DNA from: Nemertoderma westbladi
Taxonomy: Eukaryota > Animalia > Xenacoelomorpha
Length of the DNA: 64,000 bases
Assembly (NCBI GenBank): GCA_032718475.1
Contig: JAUCBJ010005732.1
Coordinates: 1 to 64,000, forward strand
Reading direction: 5' to 3'
Position 1 is the first letter of the stretch; every line of letters starts with the position of its first letter. The notes beneath the pieces are model-generated. The model was not told where the DNA came from. It saw nothing but the letters and a program-made list of their open reading frames with translations, and searched no databases. Positions 50,862 through 61,715 of the stretch are shown piece by piece. Position numbers and translations under genes: made by a program.

Positions 50862-51924
50862 GGAACGATCCAACGGTTATCGATAAGTTTCCCCGAATGT
50901 TCAACGCTCTGTGACGGGATCTACGGATCCCGGTTTATCCGTTGGGTTTTCTATCTACGCGTCCCCGCCGTGTGAAAGGTAAAAGAGTTCTGATGTTCGG
51001 TAATATGTATAGAGGTATAATATAGTTGATATATATAGTATAGTATGACACGGTTACCGGTAGATAAGTATGATGGTGGTAGTGGATGGTGGACGGTGAT
51101 AGAAGTCACCGTTCCACCCTACTGAACTAACTGAGTAAACTGACTGAATAGGGAAGCACCAACAGGTAATATATGTACTGCTCAGTTGGCCATATTACTG
51201 TACCTAGTCGATGCTGTCCCCCCATTGGCTAATATCCCACTTCTCGCCCTTTAGAGTGATCCCGTTCACTCCACCTGTTCTCTCTGGGTTAGGGGTTTGG
51301 CCCCTGACCCTCATTGTGTGTGTCTCCTTTGGGGCCTATTGTCCCCGTTTACTGGGATGACACGAGGTTGATTGGTAATCAACCTCGTGCTCTCAATATT
51401 GCTTAACGGCTTACTTTGTGGGTTCATGTTAGCGGGATTGGATAAGCTAACACTCCCCCCCATGCTATCTTCCCGGTAAGAAGATAGCATCAACCAAAAA
51501 ATGCGCTACATTCCCGCTGGAACTCGATCTATTCTCGGGTGTGGGGTGGAGTTATTTTCTTCCGGAGCCGGCTTTCCAGGCCGCTCCCTATGGGTATGAT
51601 GTCACTACCCTCTGGCATCTCGTGTCGGGCCGATCGTGCGCTTCTCTCACACAATTTTTGTTTCCCCAACACTCTCACCACTCTAACTAACTCCGCTCTA
51701 GCTCCCAACTCGCTCTTACTCTCTCCCCACACCTGAATCGCACTCTAACTCTCTCGCCAACGGCTCTCACTATCTCCTCTCTACCACTCTCTAAGGCCCT
51801 AATCTCTAATGCTACCCCCGTGCTATCATACTATCTACCTTATCTAACTTACTAACTCTAACTATCTAACTCTACTAACTACTAACTCTACTCTCTGCTA
51901 AGTCTACTAACTCTTACCAACTCT

Positions 51925-52760
51925 TTTACTACGTGGCGCTTAGGGTGCCCACAACCCTCTGCTACTACCTCCATCTACGTGGCGCTTGCGGTGCCCACAA
52001 CCACTCTACTACTAACTCTAACTAAAACTCTCTAACTCTCTACTAACTCTAACTCTACTCCTTTCTACTCTCTACGTGGCGCTTGCGGTGCCCACAACCA
52101 CTCTGCTTACTACTAACTTCCGTCTACGTGGCGCTTGCGGTGCCCACAACCACTCTACTACTACTTCTACTCTATGTGGCGCTTCCGGTGCCCATAACCC
52201 TTCTACTCTCTTTCTACGTGGCGCTTACGGTGCCCACAACCCCCCTACTACTACTCGTGGCATGATAATAAGCCACACTCCCTTACCCCGCCGCCTTCTA
52301 ACCTACTATCCTTCTACGTGGCGCTTACGGTGCCCACAACCCTTCTACTCTCTTTCTACGTGGCGCTTACGATGCCCACAACCCCCCTACTACTACTCGT
52401 GGCATGATAATATGCCACACTCCCTTATCCCGCCGCCTTCTAACCTACTATCCTTCTACGTGGCGCTTACGGTGCCCACAACCACTCTACTATCTGGCAC
52501 CCTATGTGCCCTCTCTACTACTCTACTACCTGGCACCCTATGTGCCCTCTCTACTACCTCTACTACGTGGCGCTTCCGGTGCCCACAACCTCTCTGCTTA
52601 CTACTAACTCCTATCTACGTGGCGCTTGCGGTGCCCACCACCACTCTCTTACTACTTTCTACGTGGCGCTTCCGGTGCCCACGACCCCCCTACTACTACT
52701 CGTGGCATGACAATATGCCACACTCCCTTACCCCGCCGCCTTCTAACCACTCTACTTACT
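51925..52760. repeat. Interspersed tandem repeats with core CTACGTGGCGCTT(G/A/C)CGGTGCCCACAACC
   Basis: About 12 copies separated by low-complexity CTA/CTCT linkers. Confidence 0.85.
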
Positions 52761-52898
52761 ATCCTTTACTACTTCTGCTAACTATTATTATTTAATTATT
52801 TATTATTATTTATTTTTATTTTTAATTAAATAATTAATTTCTTGTGGGAAGGGCGTCTCGCCCTCATTCCCACCCCCCTCAGTCCAAATATTGGACGA

Positions 52899-55289
52899 CT
52901 AAACTCTAAGCTGCCCCTTGATCTTCCATCGATTCTTCCATGAGGCACTGTCCCGCTGTCCCCCTGCGCGTCCTCTTATCTTTCCACCCACTTTCCTCGC
53001 CAACTCCAACTCATCTGGAATTGGCTCTCCCCCTTTCACCACCCCAAAATTGGGTCTCTCCACCGCCTTCTTAACTATGTCGTCTCTTGGCATCAAAATG
53101 CCATCTCTTTCTTTGTTGTCTCCCACCGGCAGAATGAATAGAAAGTGAAAGAACAGGCAGAACAGTAGTCCTATTCCTTTCCATCCTGCCTTCCTTCTCG
53201 ACTTCCCCCTTGTCGGTATGCCTCCAAACCGGACTGGCATCTCTTCCGGACACTCCTCTAGACACTCCTCTAGACACTCCTCTGGAGTGTTGTCCTCCGG
53301 ACACCTCGCCGTCCGCTCCGCTTCATCTCCATACCGATGCTTGCTGGGAAACCTACACTCCTCTGCCCACTTTCTTACTGTCACCTCCCTATCTGGCTCT
53401 ACTATCTCCTCCGGCTTCTTATCTTCGTCCTCTATGTCTGCGGTGCCTGGTAACATGCACCCTGATGTCTCTGTCACACTGCATGGTATCTTAGTTTTAA
53501 CTGGGCCGCTAAGCATCCACCCGAACGGCGTGAGGATTGCCGTCGGATTCCGCTGCCTGTCTTTGCCGAAGACTGTCCTCGTTCTCTCGTGGGCCGTCGG
53601 GCAGTCCATCCCTACTATAATGGACACCTTCCTAACGTCCACCTTTGGTATTGAGAAATCGATACCGTCCAGGAATCTATACTGCTCGACCTCAATGTTG
53701 GTTGGTCGCCTGGCGTTGATGTTTATTGATTCTATGACGTGGATGGGGTCGATCGTCGCCCCATAGTCGCATCCCGGTGCAATCGCTGCTATCCTGCACC
53801 GCCCCGTCCTCGTCTCCAGGACCTCATCTTTGCTCGAGACGGTAGTTACCGCCATTCTATTCGGTTTTGTCTTTAGCCCTATCTCTTCGGCCACCCAGTT
53901 CTCCACCAGCGTGAAGGCTGCTCCGCTGTCGACCAGCATTAATGTCGTTACTGATCGACCGCCCTCTCCTGATATCTTTACTGGTACTACCCTGAGTAGT
54001 ACTTTTCTCTTCTTCTCCTCTTCTGTCCTGTTTGTGGCCATTGCCTGGCCTCCAGTCTCGGACTCTCTAACTGCTGTTTCTCTACACTCTCCGGATCTGT
54101 GTCCTTCTACCACACATCAATGACATAGTCCGTTTGCGTCTGTGTAGGCTATACGATCTTGTTTGGGCAACGCTTGCCAGTGCTTACAACTCCTGGTCTT
54201 ATATGTTCCATCCCGATGTAATTGACATTCGAATCCTGGATTATAGCGTTCCCTGTATAGTCCTTCACGTATCGCGCGTAGGTTTATATGTACCGATTTA
54301 GTGTTTTGGTTGTCTGTACTTGGCCTACTGGGTATATTGGGATTATGTTTATTTATGGTGTTATTTTCTTTCTGTCCCTGCCACGGTGTGGCCCTGCTAC
54401 CAGCTAACTGTGGACTAGCAGTCCCCTGTGTGGCCGCATGTGTTAGTGATTGTCCTACTCTCGGGAATGGATCTGCAGGATCGTGTTCGGGTTTATGGCT
54501 TGTCCCCAAACTATCCTCGCTATAGACTGGGTCTGTTATTAATTCGGCTTCATAGTTGAGGAAGCTCGACATCTCTTCTAAGCCCGGTTCCGCACCCTTC
54601 TTCTCCCGTGTGGAGAAGGCTATCTTCCTCCACTTCCTTCGTAACCAGATCGGCAGTGCCTGCGCTATCGTGGTGATGTTGTTAGATGCGTTGAGTTCGT
54701 ATGTTGCGTCTAGCGTCTTTAACACGATTAACGCCTTCTCGACTTTGTTTGCAAAGGTCCTTATGCTAACGGGATTGTCCTGTAGGCCACCCGATGTTAT
54801 GCCTCTAAGGGTTTGCCGGATGATCTTGGCCGGGTGCCCGTATTCCCTGTCCAGTGCCCGCCATTCCGTCGTGAAGCCGCCCTCGATGCCCTGGTATTGC
54901 CTCACGATGTCGTATGCTGGGACTCCTGTATATACTTGCAGATATTTTAGGCACTCCGCCTGCGTCAAGTTCTTACTTAATATTTCATTACTATACATGC
55001 GCCGAAACTGTAGGTATTCTTCCGGCCTACTCCCATCGAATTTGAACGGTTCCACGGGTGGTAACTCGATCCTAGTTTTTAACGCATCGATTAACGTGGC
55101 CATTCCCATCGCTTGCGCTTCTAATGGGTTCGATGTATGTTGTATAGTTTCTCCTGTTGGGTGCGGTCCGTCCGTCCTATCTGTTATTCTCTGCGTCGGA
55201 TATATCATTGGGGGTAACGGCCCCCTCCATATTTCCGTGTCGCACGACAGTAGTATGCTAAACAACGGGATTGAGACAGCGTCTGCCAT
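52899..55289 (-). pseudogene. BEL/Pao-type Gag-protease ORF with one in-frame TGA in the Zn knuckle (54117-54119)
   Basis: Gag LPPVEPFKFDG...L..EYG.P; knuckle GLCH*CVVEGHRSGEC; protease VLLRVVPV...LVDSGA, IIVGMD, AILTPFGWMLSGP. Confidence 0.85.
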
Positions 55290-55489
55290 AGTCTACCATG
55301 TTAAAGAATTTGCCGAACGGCTCTTGCCCCGCCTACTTACTATGATTACTATTGTTGCCCCACCCACTTACTATGGTTACCATGGTTACCATTGTGCATA
55401 TGTAACATATGTCACCACTGTGTATATGTGACATATGCGGTATAAGGCCAGTTCGCAGGCGGAAGTAATTTAATTAATTCGTGTCTACC

Positions 55490-56090
55490 GGTTGGCGTTT
55501 GACCTTGAACCGCAATAGGTAAAACCCAATATAGTAAGTGGGTTGCAGACGTTTGTTATAAAAGTCTTTAACATGATTTGATTATTCTACCTATGGGGCG
55601 AGCCATGAAGTGAGTGATAGCGTCGAAGTAAGGTTATGACGCAACAACTAAAAAAGGTAAATAAACACAGACTTATGGGGCGAGCCATGAAGTGAGTGAT
55701 TGGCGTTTGACCTTGAACCATAATAGGTAAAACCCAATATAGTAAGTGGGTTGCAGACGTTTGTTATAAAAGTCTTTAATGATTTGATTATCCTACTTAT
55801 GGGGCGAGCCATGAAGTGAGTGATAGCATCGAAGTAAGGTTATGACGCAACAACTAAAAAGGTAAATAAACACAGACTTATGGGGCGAGCCATGAAGTGA
55901 GTGATAGCATCGAAGTGAGGTTATTGTATTTATACTTATCACTACGCAACAAGTTGTGGGGCGAGCCGCGAAGTGAGTATAAGGTTATAGTATTTATAAT
56001 ATTATTTTAATTTGATTATTCTACCTATGGGGCGAGCCATGAAGTGAGTGATAGCATCGAAGTAAGGTTATTGTATTTATAATTATTAAT
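55490..56090. repeat. Subterminal tandem repeats of the Polinton
   Basis: Six copies of TGGGGCGAGCC(A/G)(T/C)GAAGTGAGT, including a block duplication of about 208 bp. Confidence 0.75.
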
Positions 56091-56176
56091 TGTCGAAATT
56101 ATTACTTACATTAATTTTCGGTTGGAGGTGGCGTATGTGTTTCACCGATCATTCGTGGTGGGCATACACACATCGG

Positions 56177-56392
56177 TCACCCCCCAGCGATCGGCAAGAC
56201 AATCGCCGGGCGCGCCGGGACCAAATCATCGTTATACCTGCAGTTTACCTCAATTGAGTGCATCACCCGCACCCTGTGTGCCCACATAACTCTTCTGAGA
56301 TTCATCTTGTTCCATTTTTCTAAATTAAATGGCGGAGGATGATGCTCGAAGGGTTGGACAACTAACGTCGGTTTTTTACCGCCTTCAGCCAT
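56177..56392 (-). CDS. Small hypothetical Polinton ORF
   Basis: ATG start after an AT-rich spacer, co-oriented with the module; no recognised motif. Confidence 0.35.
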   Translation of the reverse strand: MAEGGKKPTLVVQPFEHHPPPFNLEKWNKMNLRRVMWAHRVRVMHSIEVNCRYNDDLVPARPAIVLPIAGG

Positions 56393-56633
56393 TGAAATTG
56401 AAAATTAATAATTAATAAATTATAAGAATAATATTAAAAATTAAAATAATAAAGTGATGCCGCTATCACTATTCTCAATGTTATATAGCAAACTACAACA
56501 GAACTAACTACTTTGGTAAGGCTAATTTTCTATGCTTCGCGGCGTATCTATATATGGCTTATTTCTTTTGCAAAACTGGTCACATATGTGAGTAAATTGA
56601 ACTCAGAGCTTTGATTGTCGTTAGAGCGTTTAA

Positions 56634-57011
56634 TTATTGTCTAATTCGCGTAGCCTGGATTGAGATTCTGGCCTTTGTGTTAACCGCATAAGTTGGGCGG
56701 CAGATGCTTGGGTCCCAATGTGCTCTGTGCCTAATTATTATTATTCCAGTTTTACCAGCCGCCTGCACGTTAAAGAGACCCCCTCCCGTAAGGTTTCTGT
56801 GATGAAAATTAAAAACGAATAGTGCCACGTGAAGACCCCAACCCACGTCACTTACCGTGTCCCATATATTTATTAAAAATATTGGTATTACTATATACCC
56901 AAGAAATAAATATTTATTATTAATATTAACGCTAATAATATGTTCACACACCGTAATTGAATATACCCATAACCAAAATAAATAAATTATTTTATTAATG
57001 AAAGTGTCCAC
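56634..57011 (-). CDS. Hypothetical membrane protein
   Basis: Hydrophobic N-terminal segments; overlaps the end of the protease gene; co-oriented. Confidence 0.45.
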   Translation of the reverse strand: MDTFINKIIYLFWLWVYSITVCEHIISVNINNKYLFLGYIVIPIFLINIWDTVSDVGWGLHVALFVFNFHHRNLTGGGLFNVQAAGKTGIIIIRHRAHWDPSICRPTYAVNTKARISIQATRIRQ

Positions 57012-57427
57012 TGTAATAACAATAAATCATTGTACCGCAAATTAGAGGTGAATATATTCATTGCTCCAGGATTTTTCGGCACCTCGGTTAAATAATACAG
57101 ACAAAATAGACCACACTGAGTCAATTGCGGCGCTTGAAATATTTTACGATTCCAAGTATGCCTTTGGGTATATTTATGCAGCCAATATGATATTTTTGGT
57201 GGAGGGGCTTTACCAAACAAATCTAAATAATAAGCAATTCTGTTAACCACGCGTACGCAAGACCAGTGTTGTCCTGGTAGGCCTATACGTTGATTATTAA
57301 TAATAAATGAATAATTTTGTTTATGCTTATTTTTTTTTGTGTGTATTAGGTGTAATTGGTCGATTGCGTAAACACCGATGTATTCGGGCCCCACCGGGAA
57401 TTTCGCTAATTGTATAGAGTCCAACAT
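56987..57427 (-). CDS. Adenain-like (C5-type) cysteine maturation protease
   Basis: IGVYAIDQL, IIN...PGQHW, YYLDLFG, FQ.....CGLFCLYYL (H, D, Q, C present). Confidence 0.92.
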   Translation of the reverse strand: MLDSIQLAKFPVGPEYIGVYAIDQLHLIHTKKNKHKQNYSFIINNQRIGLPGQHWSCVRVVNRIAYYLDLFGKAPPPKISYWLHKYTQRHTWNRKIFQAPQLTQCGLFCLYYLTEVPKNPGAMNIFTSNLRYNDLLLLQWTLSLIK

Positions 57428-57457
57428 CTTAGCGTACGCGTATCATTAAAAGTTTAT

Positions 57458-58715
57458 TTATTCGGTTATTATTTCCTTGGCTTCTGAAATAGATAGAAGA
57501 GCGTCATAGCTTGCGATTAATATAACGTTAATAGTGTTAACTAGCGCATTACTAAATTTCAGAATCAAATGCCCGCTAGTATGAACACTAGGTTGAATCT
57601 CATGGCTTTGATCCCCGCCGGCAGTAAGATCAAATACGATCAAAGGAAATTGGGTACGAAATCGTTCTGGTGTTAGCGAGCAAAATACGCCGCTCAAGCT
57701 CTTGAACACGTTCATTAAACTTTCGAATTCCAACATAAAATTGTTTTCCGGAAAGTTAGGGCGATATGGATACCCGTGTATAATACGGGAGTCGATGTTT
57801 AGTTCGGCATAATTTAAACCGAATTGGTTAAAATGTAGCGGATTACTGCTTAATTCCCCGTTGAAGCTGGCGTTGGTAAGCATTCCAATCAAAATATACT
57901 TAGGTAATTTCCCTTGGATTATGTTCGATTCTGTATAACTGGACTGCCCGCCACCAATGCCCAATAGTGAAGGTTTTCACTTCTTGTTTTAACAAGTTAT
58001 AAATAAAGTCATTTTTTTGTGACCCCAACAAATGCGCGCGCATAACCTCAGCATCAATCTTGTGGCGTTTTATTTTTAAATTAATATTCATGACTTCAAC
58101 TCTCGGGTTTACCAATCCTGCGGGGGGTTCAACTTTCAAAAAAAAATTATTCGATACTCGGTCTATACGAAGTCGAATGTTAATTCCCGGCGGCAGTAAT
58201 TTGTCCTGGCTTGCCAGGTCTAAAAAAATTGGGGCCACAACGAATTTAACATAATTCCCACGAACGTCATTCTCAGTAGCGACAGGTACCCCACCTAGAT
58301 TATTATCAGTATCTTCATACCCACCAGCACTTAAAATACTGCGTTTTTCGTTAGCATCTGTCAACAGTAATGTCTGAAACGTAGACTTATAGGCGTAGAA
58401 CCCATTCGAGGTTTCAACTAGCTTTTCATTTAAATATAACGAACAATTTTCAAATAGTGACCCACCCGGGTAATTAAGATGGTGGAGGGTTGTATCGTCG
58501 TTAGCCCTATTACCATCCCATGTAATTTTATATTTAATGTGAAATTTCGAATTCTTTAAATCAGTATATAGAACATTTGACTGGGGTATAAAGAACTCGA
58601 TTTGTCTGGCATTCGCGTCAAGAGTAGAAATCGGGTAGATATCCAAAAAATGTGAAGATGTATATTCTCTCTGATTTGTTTTACTCGAGAATAATGATAA
58701 TTCTAATTTACTCAT
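57458..58715 (-). pseudogene. Major capsid protein (double jelly-roll, PY/hexon), frameshifted at about 57960
   Basis: SKLELSLF...IYPISTL...IEFFIP...YTDL; LPPGINIRLRI; then in another frame G.LPKYILIGM...FNG...NPLHF...FDLT. Confidence 0.9.
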
Positions 58716-58724
58716 TTTGTTAAG

Positions 58725-59252
58725 TTACATAAAAATATCGCGACATTTATTATTTCGCTTTTTACGTTTGCGCCCAACGTTCATACCCACACTTGGGTGT
58801 CGCCGTTTCCCGCTCCTCTTTTTTTTACTTTTCGGGTTTGTAAATTCATTGTATACCCGTTGGGCGATTTGGCGTGTCTTTGGATGAGGTTCTAACCGCT
58901 CGGCCACTTTATTTATCAAATCATCTGCTTTACTGCGTAAAATACGTTTTCCTTCCGGTATTATGTATTTCCGCGCTACTTTCGCTGCTTTGGGGAGTGC
59001 TTTAGTTAGCACCTTTCTCCCTAACTTGCGCGCTAATATACCCAGGCCAGTTGTTAATATTCCGCGTCCGCACTGACGATTTTGGGCGTATCGCCGGCCG
59101 AATTTATTATTCTTATTATTCCATATACCAGTAGATGGGCCAAACCCAGTGAGAATGCTTCCACCCTTAAAAACGGGTATATCGCTATAATTCCCACTTC
59201 CCAGTTGGATTTGTGGGGTGCTATATAATTTAAACAAATCAGAATCTGGCAT
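58725..59252 (-). CDS. Basic virion core-like protein (amphipathic helix, K/R-rich tail)
   Basis: VFKGG...QCGRG, amphipathic GLGILARKLGRKVL, terminal RKRKKR...DIF; typical position just upstream of the capsid gene. Confidence 0.7.
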   Translation of the reverse strand: MPDSDLFKLYSTPQIQLGSGNYSDIPVFKGGSILTGFGPSTGIWNNKNNKFGRRYAQNRQCGRGILTTGLGILARKLGRKVLTKALPKAAKVARKYIIPEGKRILRSKADDLINKVAERLEPHPKTRQIAQRVYNEFTNPKSKKKRSGKRRHPSVGMNVGRKRKKRNNKCRDIFM

Positions 59253-59363
59253 TATTATGAGTATTTATTATAACATATAATAATAATTCTTTACTACATA
59301 CGTATATGTGTAATCTACAAATATAAGTAGCATATAATAACGCAATAATTAATTATATATACA

Positions 59364-59960
59364 TTAATTCGATGACAACCACTTCCCATAACCAACCGCG
59401 ATTTTCGCAGAACAATAATTAAAACAAGAATCACTATTATCAGAATGGTAGGCACAATTTGTTATTGCTGAAAAATCGTGGAAAAGGCATTTGGTGTCAT
59501 AATCAACATATTTTTCGTTTATGCCGTACGTTTCTAGAAGTGTTCCATTCACATTAAATTCATTTTTTAAAATAAATAATTTCGGTATTCCGCGTATTAA
59601 CATTTGAAACCCCAACCGTTTTTTTTCTTGTAACCATTCCTGTATGTACATTTTAAATGCGCTTTGGTCCATAGATCCGTAGTCAAAATTAATGTGATGC
59701 GTAATATTGGCGAGTTGTGTGAGACGGTCGTATTCGCTTAAACTTAAAATTTTTGCGGGTGGACCATTAATAAACCATACGTTTTCTAATGATTTGATGG
59801 TAGTATTATAAGCCGCAAACTCTTTAAAATAAATGGTTGCAACGGGGTGTTGGCTGATCTGCAGAAGATGCGTATAATATTGGAAATCTACTATTATTCC
59901 AGGGTTTTCCAGCGTCGGGTAATAATCACGCCTGCGGCTGCGACTTAGAAATTTATCCAT
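59364..59960 (-). CDS. Accessory protein, possible degenerate DnaQ/DEDD-like nuclease fold with a C-terminal Cys/His cluster
   Basis: IIVDFQ...FKEFA...HHINFDYG...CLFH...CAYH...YCS. Confidence 0.45.
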   Translation of the reverse strand: MDKFLSRSRRRDYYPTLENPGIIVDFQYYTHLLQISQHPVATIYFKEFAAYNTTIKSLENVWFINGPPAKILSLSEYDRLTQLANITHHINFDYGSMDQSAFKMYIQEWLQEKKRLGFQMLIRGIPKLFILKNEFNVNGTLLETYGINEKYVDYDTKCLFHDFSAITNCAYHSDNSDSCFNYCSAKIAVGYGKWLSSN

Positions 59961-60034
59961 ATAGTCGCTATAACTTCAGATAATCAGATAATAATAAATA
60001 ATCAATAATTTACATCGATTAAATTGTGACTATC

Positions 60035-60823
60035 TCAATCAATTCGTATAAAATGAAGCGTCAATATTGAATTTCCATAATGAAAGCGCAACAAATTTCC
60101 GGAATCTCCAATCAATCGAACTCGTATATAACGTAAATTAGATATTGAATTAACTTTTTTATAGTAGACTTCCTCAACTTCTCGACTAATAATTTGCCCA
60201 TATTCCCCTTCTATGGGTATGCTACGCAACAGAGGGTATTCGCTATTGTCTACAAATTGAGGTTCGACGCAATTGATATGTATATTTATGTTGGGTTCCA
60301 GTATTTCGACAGCATTAGGATGCTTATGGCAGTCGTACTTATTAATCCGCGAATCAATCCTTAGCAAGTGATAATCCCCTGCAGCATTTTGCATACACAT
60401 AAAACCTTTGCCATCAACCTCGTGTTCTGTTAATCCTAGGTAACCACCCAAACGTTTACTGACAAATATCGACAACTGTTTACCTTTAAAATGTATGGTT
60501 ATATTACCAGAGCGCGCCGTATTATCAATTATATTAATTTGGCCTTTAATAAGGCTTTTGTTGAAGTACTCAATGATCCTTTCCAATGATAGGAAAGATC
60601 CTTCGGGGAGAGTAACATCTCTTGTAAACATTTTTTTTATTTTTTATGGCCTTTATATAAATGTCGCTATTGTCATACCTGATACTAGATACGTACGTTA
60701 TACCGGTTAAACCTATTAACCAGGTAAAGGAATTTGCAAATTTGTTTGGAAATCGCTGGCGCTATTACGCGGGAATTCTATGGGGTTTGCGTTTGAGGGT
60801 AGTACAACCTAATAACTGTTCAT
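60035..60823 (-). pseudogene. Minor capsid (penton/PX) paralogue 2, disrupted
   Basis: ATG at 60823: MNSY*VVLPSNANPIEFPRNSASDFQTNLQIPL, frameshift, WLIGLTGITY, frameshift, then CVEPQFVDNSEYPLLRSIP...YYKKV...LTLHF. Confidence 0.8.
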
Positions 60824-61701
60824 TCTTGTAGTTTTTGTCGTTGTTGTTTTTTGAGTTCTAGAACTAAAATTGTTTTACCTCCATGAAAGACTATATGCTT
60901 TCCTTTATGGTCGCGAAGCGTTATACTAATTGTATCGAGCACTTTTTTATTTCTTAATTGTTTGTAATGTGTGTTTTTGAATTCCAGGTTGATGAATGAG
61001 TATGGTTCCCATTTCAAAGGGATTATCCGCAAAAGAGGCGCCATCGAATGTCCTACGTGAGAAGATTCAATCATATCTGTATATATAAACATTGTGTGTC
61101 TATCCCTCGTTATATCGCAAGGTTCGGGGAATTCAACTCCATCCATTTTGTTTGTATCTTTACAGCCTAACTTCAATAAATCATCATCTTCGTTGTAGTG
61201 TATAGCCCAAAGCGCCCCAAGACCCATTAAATTATTTTTTAAACTCGATAACCCGAAAATATTTATTATATCTCCATAGAATTGGAAATAGCGACCTTTT
61301 TCACAATGTAGACGAATTTTTGATGTATGTTTTTGGTAGTTAAACTTAACATCTTTGAAACCGTGGTGGGATATTGAGGGATCTTTCAAATAAACACTAA
61401 TATGGTTTAAAATTGACTCAATAGAAGCATATAGCCCAAGATTAAAATCGATTTCTATAAGATTGTATGGAGCTATATGAAATTCCAAATCCTCATCATA
61501 CATATATTCACCAATTCTAATTCCAGATCTTTGTTCAATATTTCTATAGGTCGACACATACTGTATTTCCTTTAGACCTACGACCCAATCTGTGTCGACG
61601 GGGATAGGTTTGGACAACTCAATCGTGAAATCGCTGGGAGTGTTATTGGGATATTTATCTAGACTGGCGTCGGAAGTCAACGTTAAATGTAAGTAATCCA
61701 T
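60820..61701 (-). CDS. Minor capsid (penton/PX) protein 1
   Basis: LTLTSDAS..YPNNTPSDFTIEL..PI....WVVGLKEIQY; MFIYTDMIE..HVG...APLLRII; Y..L....D.I.I.LRD..G. Confidence 0.9.
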   Translation of the reverse strand: MDYLHLTLTSDASLDKYPNNTPSDFTIELSKPIPVDTDWVVGLKEIQYVSTYRNIEQRSGIRIGEYMYDEDLEFHIAPYNLIEIDFNLGLYASIESILNHISVYLKDPSISHHGFKDVKFNYQKHTSKIRLHCEKGRYFQFYGDIINIFGLSSLKNNLMGLGALWAIHYNEDDDLLKLGCKDTNKMDGVEFPEPCDITRDRHTMFIYTDMIESSHVGHSMAPLLRIIPLKWEPYSFINLEFKNTHYKQLRNKKVLDTISITLRDHKGKHIVFHGGKTILVLELKKQQRQKLQE

Positions 61702-61715
61702 AATAATATAATTAA

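Larger units (their letters stand above)
48235..55300 (-). mobile_element. BEL/Pao-like non-autonomous LTR element (Gag-protease only). Putative 3' LTR starts at 51510; far end uncertain.
   Basis: BEL-type Gag and protease; PPT-like GCGGGAA followed by TGT on the minus strand at 51510. No 5' LTR is visible to confirm boundaries. Confidence 0.55.

Noticed and set aside
52076-52795. 239-aa and overlapping plus-strand ORFs
   Set aside because: Low-complexity repeat translations antisense to the BEL-like element.
53218-55431. Plus-strand ORFs of 182, 97 and 291 aa
   Set aside because: Antisense shadows of the Gag-protease frame.
31460-60811. Alternative genetic code or programmed readthrough explaining in-frame stops (TGA 31460, TAA 41994, TGA 54117, TAG 60809)
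   Set aside because: All three stop types occur, they co-occur with frameshifts, and intact ORFs end normally. Point mutations are the simpler explanation.
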